A DNA stretch of 64,000 nt from Phoronis australis. Its lineage: Eukaryota > Animalia > Phoronida. This document shows positions 51,801-63,550 of this stretch, piece by piece; the first letter of the stretch is position 1, and the number at the start of each line of letters is the position of its first letter. Made by a program: the position numbers and the translations under genes. Below the pieces are notes generated by a model. That model was not told the DNA's origin, made no database searches, and worked only from the letters and a program-made list of their open reading frames with translations. The stretch is taken from positions 1 to 64,000 of the forward strand of contig NMRA01000468.1 in assembly GCA_002633005.1 (NCBI GenBank). Reading direction: 5' to 3'.

Positions 51801-52373
51801 TCTAATAGCTTTCCAAAAAGCGTCCGAGTACAGGGGAGCAACGGCTTTATAAAGAAATTGTTAAGGTTTAAAAGAACATTTCTAAACCGTTGTTCGTTTG
51901 AAGCTTCGAGTGGTATTTTTGTAAAATGAGAATATTATTTACTCAGAGCTTAAACTTTAGGAGTTCTACGCTCAGTGTAAACTATGAGTCCTGGCTGCTA
52001 AGCTTGTGACGTCAGAGCTCACAACATTTATTCATTTGATACTATTTAATTTTGCTATAACTCTGTTTCACATCCGATCGAGCTTGTAGTAGCTCTCGTC
52101 AGGTCTGTTTGTACATTTACATGGAGCACTGTCAGCCGGAGGTCTCAAAAAACATTGCAATCAATTAACGTACGAGTCAGAAAGTAGGTCATAGCATGAC
52201 AAAAACTCTCACACATGCATGTTGAAAAGGTGGGCTCATACAGGCTGGATAAAATCAATAATACACAATAGATATTTTGCTAAACATTGTACAGCAGAAA
52301 TGCCTATTGTTACTGTTAAAGAAAGTGAACTGCGAATGCGATTCTAGTGAAAAGAGTTTGTATGTAAAGAAAA

Positions 52374-52475
52374 TGGTGGTTTCTAACGGACAGTGTGGGT
52401 CATCAACATTGGGGGCTAGCAACTTGGTGGTTTCTAACGGACAGTGTGGCTTATCAAAATGGGGGGCTAGCAACT
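52374..52475. repeat. Tandem duplication, 2 x 51 bp
   Basis: tggtggtttctaacggacagtgtgg...gggggctagcaact occurs twice, abutting the 5' junction of the LINE. Confidence 0.85.
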
Positions 52476-54512
52476 AGGATAAAAAACCTTCCAAATATTT
52501 TCTTCACTTGGAAAATAGGCATTACACAAGTACGTTTATGCCTTTTTTGTGGAAATCTGACAATTCTAAAACCAATAGTGAAGAAGAGGTTATTCAGGAA
52601 AGCAAAACTTGTTATGAATTGAAAAATTATACAAATATAGACATTCTAACAATACCGCTTTAGAAACTCTTCTTGATAAGGTTTGTGTCTCCAAGCTGCA
52701 TGAGACAGAAAAAGAAAAATTCTCTAGAGGCCTCTTCTTACATATGAAGAAGTCACACAATGGTTGAAGAAAATGAAAAACAAGAGTCCAGGCTCTGATG
52801 GTTTTTCAGTGGAATTTTTGAAATTTTTTTGCAGGGCTGAAATTGGACATTTCGTTGTTCGTTCACTTAATTCTTGTTTTGCTGTTGGCCAGTTACACTG
52901 TATCATCAACACAGAAAGAGGGAGTGATTACCTGCATCCATAAGGGAGCAGATAAAGGTAAACATTGTTTGAAAAACTGGAGAACCATATCCTTACTCAA
53001 TGTGACATATAAATTGACTTCTTCGACTGTGGCTGAACGGTTCAAATCCGTTTTGGGAAAACTAATCAGTAAGGACCAGACAGGTTTTATTTCTGGAAGA
53101 AATATGAACGAAAATATCCGAGTGCTATGTGATTTAATGTTTTATGCCCAGGCAGCTAACAAACCTGGATTGCTTTTACTGATTGATTTTGAGAAAGCTT
53201 TTGATTCATTGTCGTGGAATTTTATTCAAAAAACTTTATCATTCCCTAATTTTGGTTGGTCGATCAGAAGGTGGGTGAAAGTCTTTTACGGTAATATTAA
53301 GTCCAGTGTTGTCGTAAATGCTCACCCATCTTCCTGGCTTAATATTTCGCGTGGCTGTAGACTAGGTGACCCTTTGTCTCCTTACATTTTCATATTGTGC
53401 GCGGAGACTTTGGCGTATTTAATCAAAAATAATAAAAATATTGTTGGTGTAGTTGTAGGAAATAAGGACTATTCGATTTCACACTATGCGGACGACACAT
53501 CAATTACGTTGGATGGGTCCAGTCGAATTTGTCATTGAATAGCACATTGAGTGTACTACACTTAATGTTTTCTAGTGTCTCCGGTCTCCAAGTGAATGTG
53601 GATAAAACAAAAGCCATATGGTTTGGAAGTAGAACTGGTAGTGATGGCGTGATTCCTACAAAAGAAAGTCTGTCTTGGACAAGTAATCTTTTAGATTTTT
53701 GGGGGTAGATTTTAACACTTAATTGGATAGTATGACGCATAAAAACTTCACTGCAAGAACAACTGAGATTAAGACTTAATTAAAAAGCTTGAGTCGACGA
53801 AATTTAACGCCGTTTGGTAGAGTAACTGTAATTAAAACATTAGCTACTACTAAACTGATTTTTTGTTGTCAAGTTTACCAAATCCACCAGTAAAAGTTTT
53901 GGATGAATTGAATACGACATTTTTTGATTTGTATGGTAGGCTCGTAATGATGCAATTAAACGACCTACGACCTGTTTAGGACTTGATCAAGGGGGACTTC
54001 AAATAGTTACTTTGGCATATCCCGTAGATATCTTAAAAGCCCTGCATCTAAAAGCGGTGAATTACTGTACTCACTCTACCCGTTCTTAAAGAATTTCGCT
54101 TCATTTGGAGATGACTTTATTGTCAAAGTTAACTTTAATTGGTACAAATTCCTACTGGCGCGACGTTTTTGGAAGTATGATATCTTTCTACAAGAAAAAT
54201 ATTGTTGCGAGTAAAGAGGACTTTTTGAATCAACCTTTATGGTTTAAAGGCGAAGGCAACCTTTTTCCATGTCATTTTGAGCTAAAATAAGGTTGGTTGG
54301 TTATCCTAGACATATTTTCCACTTAATTACAGCTTTTCGTAATTTTATTAATTACTCGTCCACTCTTCCGGAAGTGACGTTTTAGGAGGCAAGCATTTCG
54401 CGCCAAATTCTTTTCATATAGTCTGACTGTGAGAGCTGCCGAGTCAGTCATTGTTCTACCTTGGTTGTGTTAAGTTCCGTCGTCGTTTGCTTTCATTTAC
54501 AAGTCAGTCAAT

Positions 54513-54764
54513 ATGCCGCACTGTTGCTGCGTACCAGGATATACTAATTATCGGCTCACGCGCGCTTTGGGAGTACCTTTGCATCGCTTTCCGATGGATG
54601 ACACACTTCGCCGTACTTGGCTCGTTCGTGTGAAGAACGCAGCGTCACCCGTCCACGCAACGTACAAAGCAGTGGAGAATTACCGTGTGTGTGGCAAGCA
54701 CTTTCTGCCGTCCGATTACGAAAGGGATTTGTACGCTGAACTGATGAAGGTCCCTGCGAAACAA
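54513..54764 (+). CDS. THAP-domain N-terminus of a putative transposase (partial; runs into N gap)
   Basis: MPHCCCVPGYTN...LHRFP.D..LRRTWL...RVCGKHF..SDYERDL; the second THAP Cys appears as Tyr. Confidence 0.75.
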
Positions 54765-55218
54765 NNNNNNNNNNNNNNNNNNNNNNNNNNNNNNNNNNNN
54801 NNNNNNNNNNNNNNNNNNNNNNNNNNNNNNNNNNNNNNNNNNNNNNNNNNNNNNNNNNNNNNNNNNNNNNNNNNNNNNNNNNNNNNNNNNNNNNNNNNNN
54901 NNNNNNNNNNNNNNNNNNNNNNNNNNNNNNNNNNNNNNNNNNNNNNNNNNNNNNNNNNNNNNNNNNNNNNNNNNNNNNNNNNNNNNNNNNNNNNNNNNNN
55001 NNNNNNNNNNNNNNNNNNNNNNNNNNNNNNNNNNNNNNNNNNNNNNNNNNNNNNNNNNNNNNNNNNNNNNNNNNNNNNNNNNNNNNNNNNNNNNNNNNNN
55101 NNNNNNNNNNNNNNNNNNNNNNNNNNNNNNNNNNNNNNNNNNNNNNNNNNNNNNNNNNNNNNNNNNNNNNNNNNNNNNNNNNNNNNNNNNNNNNNNNNNN
55201 NNNNNNNNNNNNNNNNNN
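54765..55218. other. Assembly gap (454 N)
   Basis: Run of n characters. Confidence 1.
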
Positions 55219-58200
55219 AATACTCGCCGATGGAAAGTGGTGGCGACAATTGTTGAAAAACAGCACAAAACAAAAGTAGAATAGAACAGATTCGCACGGT
55301 AAAGTCAACGCAAAACCAAGTGGCGGGAAACGCTTGCCTCCTAAAACGTCACTTCCGGAGTAGCAGACGAGTAATCTATAAAATTACGAAAAGCTGTAAT
55401 TAAGTGGAAAATATGTCTAGGATAATCAACCAACCTTATTTTAGCTCAAAATGACATGGAAAAAGGTTGCCTTCGCCTTTAATAGTAACTTGGCGATCGG
55501 AGGCACAAGTGTTTTTTGATAAGCCTTGGTTTGAAAAAGGCTTAGATTTATTAGAGATGTGCATACATCTGATGTTGATTTCGTTAGTTTAAACCATATG
55601 AAAAATGGGTTCGATGTAAAAACCAAATTTGTAGGATATAATGGAACGGTGTTGTTTATGTTCTAAGAAGGGTTGTTGACATATTTGTTCAGTCTTTAGT
55701 GACGTTAAGGAACCTTCTAAGTCAGAATGTAAACGGGAAGTAGGGTTAGGAGATAATTTAGATTGGAAGAAAATATACGCATTACCTTATGAAATTACAA
55801 AGGATCCCAACATCAGATGGTTCCAATTTAGAATACCGTACACAGGATTATTGCAACACCTTTTGAGTCAAAATCCGTGTTCGGAGTTCTAATTCATGTT
55901 CCTTTTGTAATAATGCTCCAGAGACGCTGTCACATCTTTTTTGGGAATGTCACCTTGTACAAGATATCTGGAAGGAATTCGGAAAGCTACTGCAAAAGTG
56001 TCTCATTCAGCTTTCCAACTGTCTGTCTTACGATAGTGTTATTCTTGGACTTTATGAGACGCACGGTTTTCTATTTAACATTTGCTTCTACTAGCCAAAC
56101 AGTACATTCACAAGGAGAGATGTCACAAACTTATATACCTAATTTTCACAAGTTTGTTACATACACTTATGAGAACTATAATGCTGAAAAATTAATTGCA
56201 TATAAAACATTGTATATGACAGCTTCTCTGCGAAATGGGAAAATGTTATTGTTCACGTTAACTCCATGTAGCAGTTGTTTACTTATACGAGATACGAGAA
56301 TGGTCTCCCCTGAGGTGCGCATGCGTGAATGAATGGATGTACTTATTTGTTTGTTTGTTTTTTTTAACTGTTTATAAATGATAATAAATAACTCAACTTA
56401 AGAAACTGTATAATTTTTTAGTTTCCAATTGCTTCTTCTAGCTCGGTAATAACATTAATAAATTATTTCTTTTCGTAGGCGGGCAACAAAAGTTATATGC
56501 GTAATTTTCGTAAGTAAATTAACCTTACGTCTACCTCTGTTTTAGAATAAAATACCATTAAAATCATGAGCGATAACTATGGGAAATCCCAGAGACGGTT
56601 TTTGAGCATTTTAATCAAAGTTCTAATGCAGAAAAGTTGATGAATGCTGACGTTGAAAGGACTTTTTTATCAATGCACTTTTAAAAAATGACATTTTGCC
56701 AAAAACCTAAGGTCAAGTGGCCACCAGAATGGTACAGTAGTGTGAATGAAATGGTTAGATTTGCCTAGATTCCTAGCTTAAAAAAGTATTTACTTTTATG
56801 AATTGACAGTTGCTAGTTACTTAAATATTTCAAAAAGAAGACAACATTCTTATTACGGCTACATGAAACAAGCATGCTGTTAATTTATGTCACGTACTCC
56901 TGTACAATTAGACTCTACAAAAGCGAATCCAGCTCTTCATGAAAGGGGTACAAGAAAATGAAAGGTTTTTAAAAAGCATTTTATCACAACCACTACACAA
57001 ATGAACTAGTAACTTTAGCCACTAGCATATGTAGAAGATGGTGACGTTGTAATAACACTGAAGCTTCCGCTGACTTTAATCAACATGCATTTTATGATAA
57101 ATATTTTATTCTGGTGCATTTGTATATACGCCACCGCTTGCAAACAACCCTTGCATGCCCTACTATTGATAAATGAGACATCCAGAGAATATCTTTCTGT
57201 TGCTTACTGTAATGAAAGCTTTTCATGCAAGAGGTCCAAGTAAAATGATAAGTTTTTGGAAAGCTGCATGCTGAAATTGAGAACAATGAACGTATAAAGC
57301 CCTCGGGAACAATTGTCTGATTTGTGTCTTAAAACTAACTTTTTTCTGAAGACATACATGACGCGTCATCTAGCTCTGGCCTATAGCTTTCCGAATGTCG
57401 ACGTTATGTGGTTCTTTAAACGTTTATGATGTCGTGTATTGCTTCGCCTGACGTTATTCCACGTATAAAACGACTCACTCGATCCCTTCTTGGTCCTTCT
57501 AAAGCATTCTGACAGGATCTCCCGTTTGCTATGGGCATCAGTCACTTTATCGGCAATTTTTGAGAGAAAAAAAGAAAAATTCTACTATCGAGGACAGATA
57601 TAATCTGAGTGCAAATATACACGGCCATTGAAGCGATCACTTCATTCTGAATGATTTTTGATGTTCATTTATCGTTTTTTCCCTATTCCATATGCTGGTG
57701 GAGTATTTTATCGCGTGTGAACAACATTTCTAATATTACCAAAAAGTTGCATTGATTTGAACACGCGCTTGTGCTGTCATCTTTTTGTTCGCGGAGCGAC
57801 AAATTTTGTATTCCGTACAGCACCGCAGAACCTTCGATGGCTCGATTTTGGGGCTAAAAATATTTTGAAATCACGTGAAATTTCTTCAGGTCCAAAAAGT
57901 TTCCTTCAGTGATTAACCCCTGCAGGTTAGTACCACTTATTCAAAACGTTAGTTTTGGCTACTTGAGGCAATTGCCGATAAGGAATGACGACGAGAGGGG
58001 TGTGTCTGAAAGCAGAAAAAATTCTAGCACCTTTTCCCTCAGGTGAGTGAGGGTCCTGGTACCACTGCTTCAATGATATTTTTCATCACGTGAATATTTT
58101 TCTTGTGAATAAGTCTGTTGACAAGTTCTGTTGATCATATACGGTGAGGATGTCTGCGGTTGCTCGTGGTGTGCCATCATCAGCAGCCTCCTTGTGACAA

Positions 58201-58662
58201 CGGAGGTTTTCCTGAGGTTGCAATATTCTATGCGCACCATCAGCATTGGTTAAGGGTTCGCCAATCAGATCTGTGTATTCGTGCTTGTCTGATGTAGTCT
58301 CGAAAAAATGCAATACTTGCATAAGCCTGTTTCCGACATCTTTTGGCCTGTATACAAACCACTTTTGAATCTCTCCAACCACCCACTAGGTCTGAAATAC
58401 TGGTCTGTGTCATGAATGTTCATATCCTTTCGGTGGATAGATCCGATTTTTCAGATACATTGTGTTCTTATAGTCGATGGGATGTTCTCGTTGACCAGCA
58501 TCTGTTACTAAACTTGGCCATCGTCATACGAACCAGCTTCTAAGTATTGGCTGTCGAAGTCATTGAGGAATGGTTCGTGTTGAGAAGTTTTTGAGCCTTC
58601 TAGATCGTGATGCCCAGAGGATGTTTCCCACTGCTAATGAACTACATCGGATTCCTGTTACG

Positions 58663-58699
58663 CATGGGCGGCGCAGCCCCCTATGGTGCGCCGCCCATG
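58663..58699. mobile_element. 37-bp hairpin, minimal derivative of a CATGGGCGGCGCA-ended MITE
   Basis: Perfect 13-bp inverted repeat catgggcggcgca / tgcgccgcccatg with an 11-nt spacer; longer relative at 60564-60632. Confidence 0.55.
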
Positions 58700-59554
58700 T
58701 TAAGCTTAAGGGTTCTGTTGTTTTGACGGATTCAAACTTGCATAACGTGTAGGTCCTTTAGCGCATTCTCAACATCATGTAAAATAAATTAACAAGTATG
58801 GTTCGAGGTGTATTAGCAGAGTGAATGGAATGATGTTGAAATAGGGATTTTTCGCGTGGACTCATAACAAAAAATCCAAAAATATATTATGCTTACGTAC
58901 CCGTTTAAACCAAAGACCTAGCAGGGAGCCTGTGCGTTTTGCCTTGTGAGACGCCCCAGACATTCCACGGATTGTTTGGTCTTCCAATCTACGATGCCAA
59001 GCGCAGTAGTGTACCCTAGTTTAAAAAGATGTTGATTCACTTTAATTCCGACTTGTACTGACATAGGTCCATCATTCTGATATTTAAAGACATTCCGATA
59101 TGGAAAATTAATCTTGAAATAAACTCTTCAATTAAAATGTCTCCATCATTTCTATATACCCTTATTATAAAATAGGCTTATGCCACATTTGACGTCATAG
59201 CGTAAAGAGTTCGTTTCAATGGCGTCCTTTTCTCGCGCTGAGCATGACGACATGCTGTGCGGTAGATGGAGCTGTATGTCAACTGTAAAAAAATACAAAC
59301 ATGAGGGCATGTGTAGTCAATAATGGCGCCTCGAAACTCTACGTATGTAGTAATGGACAACATATACAAGTTAGTTAGTGGAAAACCGCGTATGAAATTT
59401 AGTGTGGTCACCGCTCCCGAGCCCAGAACTCACCTCTCAGTACTCAGTCGCCTAGAAAACATTTTGAAACCAGTTTGATAACCATAAATGATCCACTGAA
59501 AAACGTTGATTTCCGTGATTTAAAAGCGGGTTAGTTGCTGCTTTAAATCTAAAT

Positions 59555-59710
59555 CAAGGGGCGGATCCAGGATTTTGAGTAAGGGGGAGCCAGGGCAGAG
59601 TATTAGCTTAGATTTTGCCGTCAGACATTCGCACCTCGAACTGCTAAATGTAATATGGGAGAATTTTAGGGGGGTCATGGCCCCTTGGCCCCCCTCTAAG
59701 TCTGTCACTG
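59555..59710. mobile_element. hAT-like GGATCC MITE, copy D, just upstream of the first PLAC8 coding exon
   Basis: caaggggcggatccaggattttgagt...ccccctctaagtctgtcactg. Confidence 0.75.
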
Positions 59711-59943
59711 CAAATCACTGTTTTACCGACATAAATAATTCATTTTTCAGTTCATTTGCAGTTGATTATTATGCCAACAATAGATCTGCCTGGGTGCAGG
59801 GAACCTGATAACTTACATGTACCTAGCTAGGTTACTGTGGACAGGTGGTGAAATTTCTCAATTCCCAAAGGTATTCCTTGTACTTATACCAAGATATGTA
59901 TGGTGTGAAAATGTTGATTCTCTTGTTTATAGAGTGACAAAAG

Positions 59944-60060
59944 ATGGCACAGATTAACAAAGAGTCATACGGTTATGACCAGCCTGGACAACCTCCGTCA
60001 TATCAACCCGCACCAATGCCATATGGCGCTCACAGGGACGCTGTCATGGCCCAGCCTACG
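59944..60060 (+). CDS. PLAC8/cornifelin-family protein, coding exon 1 (PPSY motif)
   Basis: Acceptor ttgtttatag ends at 59932; MAQINKESYGYDQPGQPPSYQPAPMPYGAHRDAVMAQPT|gtatgt, phase 0. Confidence 0.82.
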
Positions 60061-60411
60061 GTATGTACTTGTGTAGTGTTTTCGTTCGATCTAACACCTT
60101 ATCTGCAGCCGGTTGCTAAATTCAAATGGGATTTAAGCTGCGGGGTACAGAACACTTTTATCAAAATTCTGAGTTAAGTTGCTAAAAAGCAACCGCTAAA
60201 TCTCCAATAGTTTCAAACTGTTATGCCACGACGCAATCACAGCCAACAGTGCAAAAAGGCTTGAGATTCGAAGTAAAGTGAACTGACATTGACATCCAAC
60301 ATTTCATGTCACTGACACGTCTTCGTCTACTCAGACTTCAGTGACTTCCTGTTCAGAAGTACGAGAACGTTGTGTGTTGAGTGTAATACTAGATATCGTG
60401 TCTGTTTCCAG

Positions 60412-60523
60412 CCTGTTTCGACCAGCACTGTTATTGTCCAGCAGCCAGCACCAACTGTTATGATACAAGGACCGCGCACGTGGTCAACGGGCATATGCGC
60501 CTGTTGTGAAGACATGACCATAT
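60412..60523 (+). CDS. PLAC8/cornifelin-family, coding exon 2
   Basis: tttccag|PVSTSTVIVQQPAPTVMIQGPRTWSTGICACCEDMTI t|gtaagt; the WSTG.C.CC.D motif opens the PLAC8 domain. Confidence 0.92.
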
Positions 60524-61373
60524 GTAAGTCTTTTACTCATCAGTAACTGACGACTTTTACATGAATGGACGGGGCACCATATGGGGCTGGGGGGCTATAT
60601 CCCCCACTTTTTTCAGTGCTGCGCCGCCCATGTTTTAACAATGACAACGAATCCCCCCGGGACGTCTTTATATTGTTTCAAAGATAAACAAAGGACTCTT
60701 ATGCCTGCGCAGGTGTTTGTTTTGAAGTAAGCGGTCCGGCTACAAAAGTTGGCTAGCGAAAACGTAGTTTTGTGGCAAATCAACATGCAACAAATCGCTA
60801 GCGACATTTGGAACCCTACACAAGACGGTGTTTTTGTTACTGGCGAAAACGAAAGTATGTTAGCCAGTTTGTGAACGGCGTTGATAACTAGAGGGGCTTA
60901 AACGTATGTTGTATTTCAGCTCAGGCAAATGATTATAAATACGCGCATCTACGATAACTTCAAAAATTAGACACAGGTTAGCGCGACACCTCTCGGCTAG
61001 TTGAGATCGACTATTGGCAGAAATATGCACTTTCTTAAAAAAATGTTCAAGTGTAGACGTTGGAGGTTTTTGGAATTTGAATTATAAGTGTATCAGCTAG
61101 TCACATAGAAAAAATTAGGTTGTCCCCCAGGTACTCACAACAGTGAATGCTATGACCTTCGGCCTTCTGCCTAATTGGTTAGGGTGAGAATAATTCATGT
61201 TGAAACAGAACAATTCCGGCCACAGACAGAGATATTTCATGGCCTCATTCTTGGTGTTAACTGGTATCACCATAACCAGAGGGGGTGTTTAGGGCCCCCT
61301 CCCATCTGCAATCGTATCGTTTCTATGCCATCTCACGCTGAAGTTTATCTAAACAAAAATATTCTGTTTACAG

Positions 61374-61513
61374 GTTTGTGCGTAGCCTTTTGCCCTGTGT
61401 GTTATGAGAGTCATTTGGCAACCAAGATGGGCGAAAACTGTTGCCTGCCTTGCTGTGTCCCAGGGTCACTCATAGCCCTCCGTGCCCATTTCAGAGGAAA
61501 GCACAACTTAACG
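61374..61513 (+). CDS. PLAC8/cornifelin-family, coding exon 3
   Basis: tttacag|(C)LCVAFCPVCYESHLATKMGENCCLPCCVPGSLIALRAHFRGKHNLT|gtaggt. Confidence 0.93.
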
Positions 61514-62854
61514 GTAGGTATAAAAATGTTTCAAGTGGAACGTCGGGAACTGTCTTAATATAGTTTGAATTTCCTGTTCTGGTATTCATCACGCTTGCCC
61601 ACACTGGTAAAAGTTTGTTGAGGGAGTTCCAAAAAGTTTGCCAAAAAGCTGTAAAGCAGTACTTGTTTTACTACATTTGCCAGTTTTTATTTGAGTTTAT
61701 CATACGTAGGTGATGATACGGCCTTGAAGTATCTGTGTTATCACACTGTGAAGTATGTCATAATTAATAATGTTGATTAGTTTACAATTGCTGATATTTC
61801 ACATGGAATAAATACTCACTAAATGAGTTCCAATTTCATCGCAATTCCGCAACGACATATAAACAGATGGTGCCGCTTAAGATTAGTGTAAATGCGCGTC
61901 TCGATACATGATATAACAATCCACAGTTACCGTCACGTACGTTTTGTAACATATTTTATGTATTTATTTTAAACAATAGATTATTTAGTTCAGGCCCAGG
62001 TCTCCAAACGCTTCCTTTTTCCCACTTTTTGGAGATGTTACTACTTTTTTCAAATTCCTATTTCTTGTCAAGATTTTGTCGACGAGTAAATTTCTTGAAT
62101 CTAACAACGAAATATCTAGTTGTCAGAACTAAAATAAACTGCAATAATCATGGCTACTGTTGGATCGCACAATGGCTCCTCTCTGACACCAAGAACTGTG
62201 ATATTCCAAGAAGGGCTGATTGAAATAACGGTGTCAAAGCTGGATATTAAATGCAGAGGAGAAGCTATGGATTGGCTGGAATTATTTGGATAAGTTTGGG
62301 TTTACACATAAGTGTTCTGCATTTGATAAATACCTTCAGTGGTTTATCCATCCGTTCAGGTATATCTGCATTGCAATTTCTTTCCAGATTATAATGTTAG
62401 GGCATAACCCAATAGAAGTTTCTGACCATCACAATTTCACAAATTCAACTTTTAAATACGCAATGGTCGCTCTAACTGTTCCTACTTTTTCCTTCTTTTT
62501 TGTGAAGTGACTTTCCTATTTTTTCCTATTTTTGTGAAAAACTCTTGGGAGGCTTGTTAAGTTTAAGGGATGTTGATTTTGCGGTGAATTTTTTGTTATT
62601 TTGGCATTACGTAATAAGCCTGCTACATCAAAATTCACAATTACCTCGAACTAAACAATATGCCAACTCTAGTGTAGACATCAGGTACAACTTAATTCAA
62701 ACGGCAATTTTGTGCTGGTGGTTATTTGTTGTCTGTGTGTGCTGGGAGGGTTGTTTGTGTGTTTGTGTATGTGGGCCTACCATCTTTGTTAAACGTAAGA
62801 TTGTATGTGTGCAAGTAAGAGTGCAAGCAAGTAAGGTACTGTAACATGTGTATT

Positions 62855-62981
62855 CTCGTTGGCATGCTCGTTGGCATGCTCGTTGGCATGCTCGTTGGCA
62901 TGCTCATATTAGTGGCATGCTCGTTGGCATGCTCGTTGGCATGCTCATATTGTTGGCATGCTCGTTGGCATGCTCGTTGGC
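62855..62981. repeat. Minisatellite of 12-bp units (ctcgttggcatg)
   Basis: About 10 tandem units in the last PLAC8 intron; explains the WHAR/GMLV/MPTS ORFs. Confidence 0.92.
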
Positions 62982-63403
62982 TTGTATTTCACGTTGTAGT
63001 TGGATGTATATGTTTTCATATGCTATTGCTTGCTTGGATGTTGGTCGCGTGAAGCCGTGTCTAAGATATCCAGAATTTAGCTAATGATTTAAGTATTAAG
63101 CACTTGAAAAAACAAGGATGGAAATTTTTAAAATAGCCGCGATGAGAGTGAAGCCTTATATTAACTCGCTCGTCTTGTGAAACGGAAATTGTTAGTTTGT
63201 ATTCAAGACAGTATAGTAACTGGAAAGGCACAAGAAAACATCCAATATGAAACGTGTGCATATTATTTAGGATATAGCCACCTGTGCACATAACTGAAGC
63301 TTTGACGCATGCGCGAAATACTTGAGCAAAAATTTGAAAAACGCTTGTGCCCACATGCGTTAGTGTGCTATATTCGTCTCATTGAATCTTTGTTACACCA
63401 CAG

Positions 63404-63550
63404 GGCTCCATCATGGACGACTGCTGTATGGTGGCCTGTTGCTATTCTTGCGCCTTGTGCCAGCTGTCTCGAGAGGTCGACATAATGAATAACACCACGG
63501 TGATTGTACAGGGAGGCGCCACCACCACCACCGTCACAAACGTCATATAA
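63404..63550 (+). CDS. PLAC8/cornifelin-family, last coding exon (protein ~171 aa)
   Basis: ccacag|GSIMDDCCMVACCYSCALCQLSREVDIMNNTTVIVQGGATTTTVTNVI*; GS...DC....CC..CA.CQ..RE motif. Confidence 0.94.
   Translation, partial: GSIMDDCCMVACCYSCALCQLSREVDIMNNTTVIVQGGATTTTVTNVI

Larger units (their letters stand above)
54248..55478 (+). mobile_element. Young Kolobok-like DNA transposon: TTAA TSD, 158-bp TIRs, THAP ORF; spans an assembly gap
   Basis: TTAA|AGGCGAAGGCAACC...GGTTGCCTTCGCCT|TTAA. TIRs 54248-54405 and 55321-55478 differ at ~9 positions. Removing the element plus one TTAA restores the LINE reading QPLWFNSNL. Confidence 0.9.
52478..56390 (+). mobile_element. Decayed 5'-truncated L1/Tx1-clade LINE, interrupted by a DNA transposon
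   Basis: KPSKYF..LENRHY, KSPGSDGFSVEF, NWRTISLLNVTYK, IDFEKAFDS, GCRLGDPLSP, HYADD, NQPLWF|insertion|NSNLAIGG and CSFCNNAPETLSHLFWEC; many frameshifts. Confidence 0.9.

Noticed and set aside
54556-55308. Long minus-strand ORFs spanning the gap
   Set aside because: Artefacts of translating N as X.
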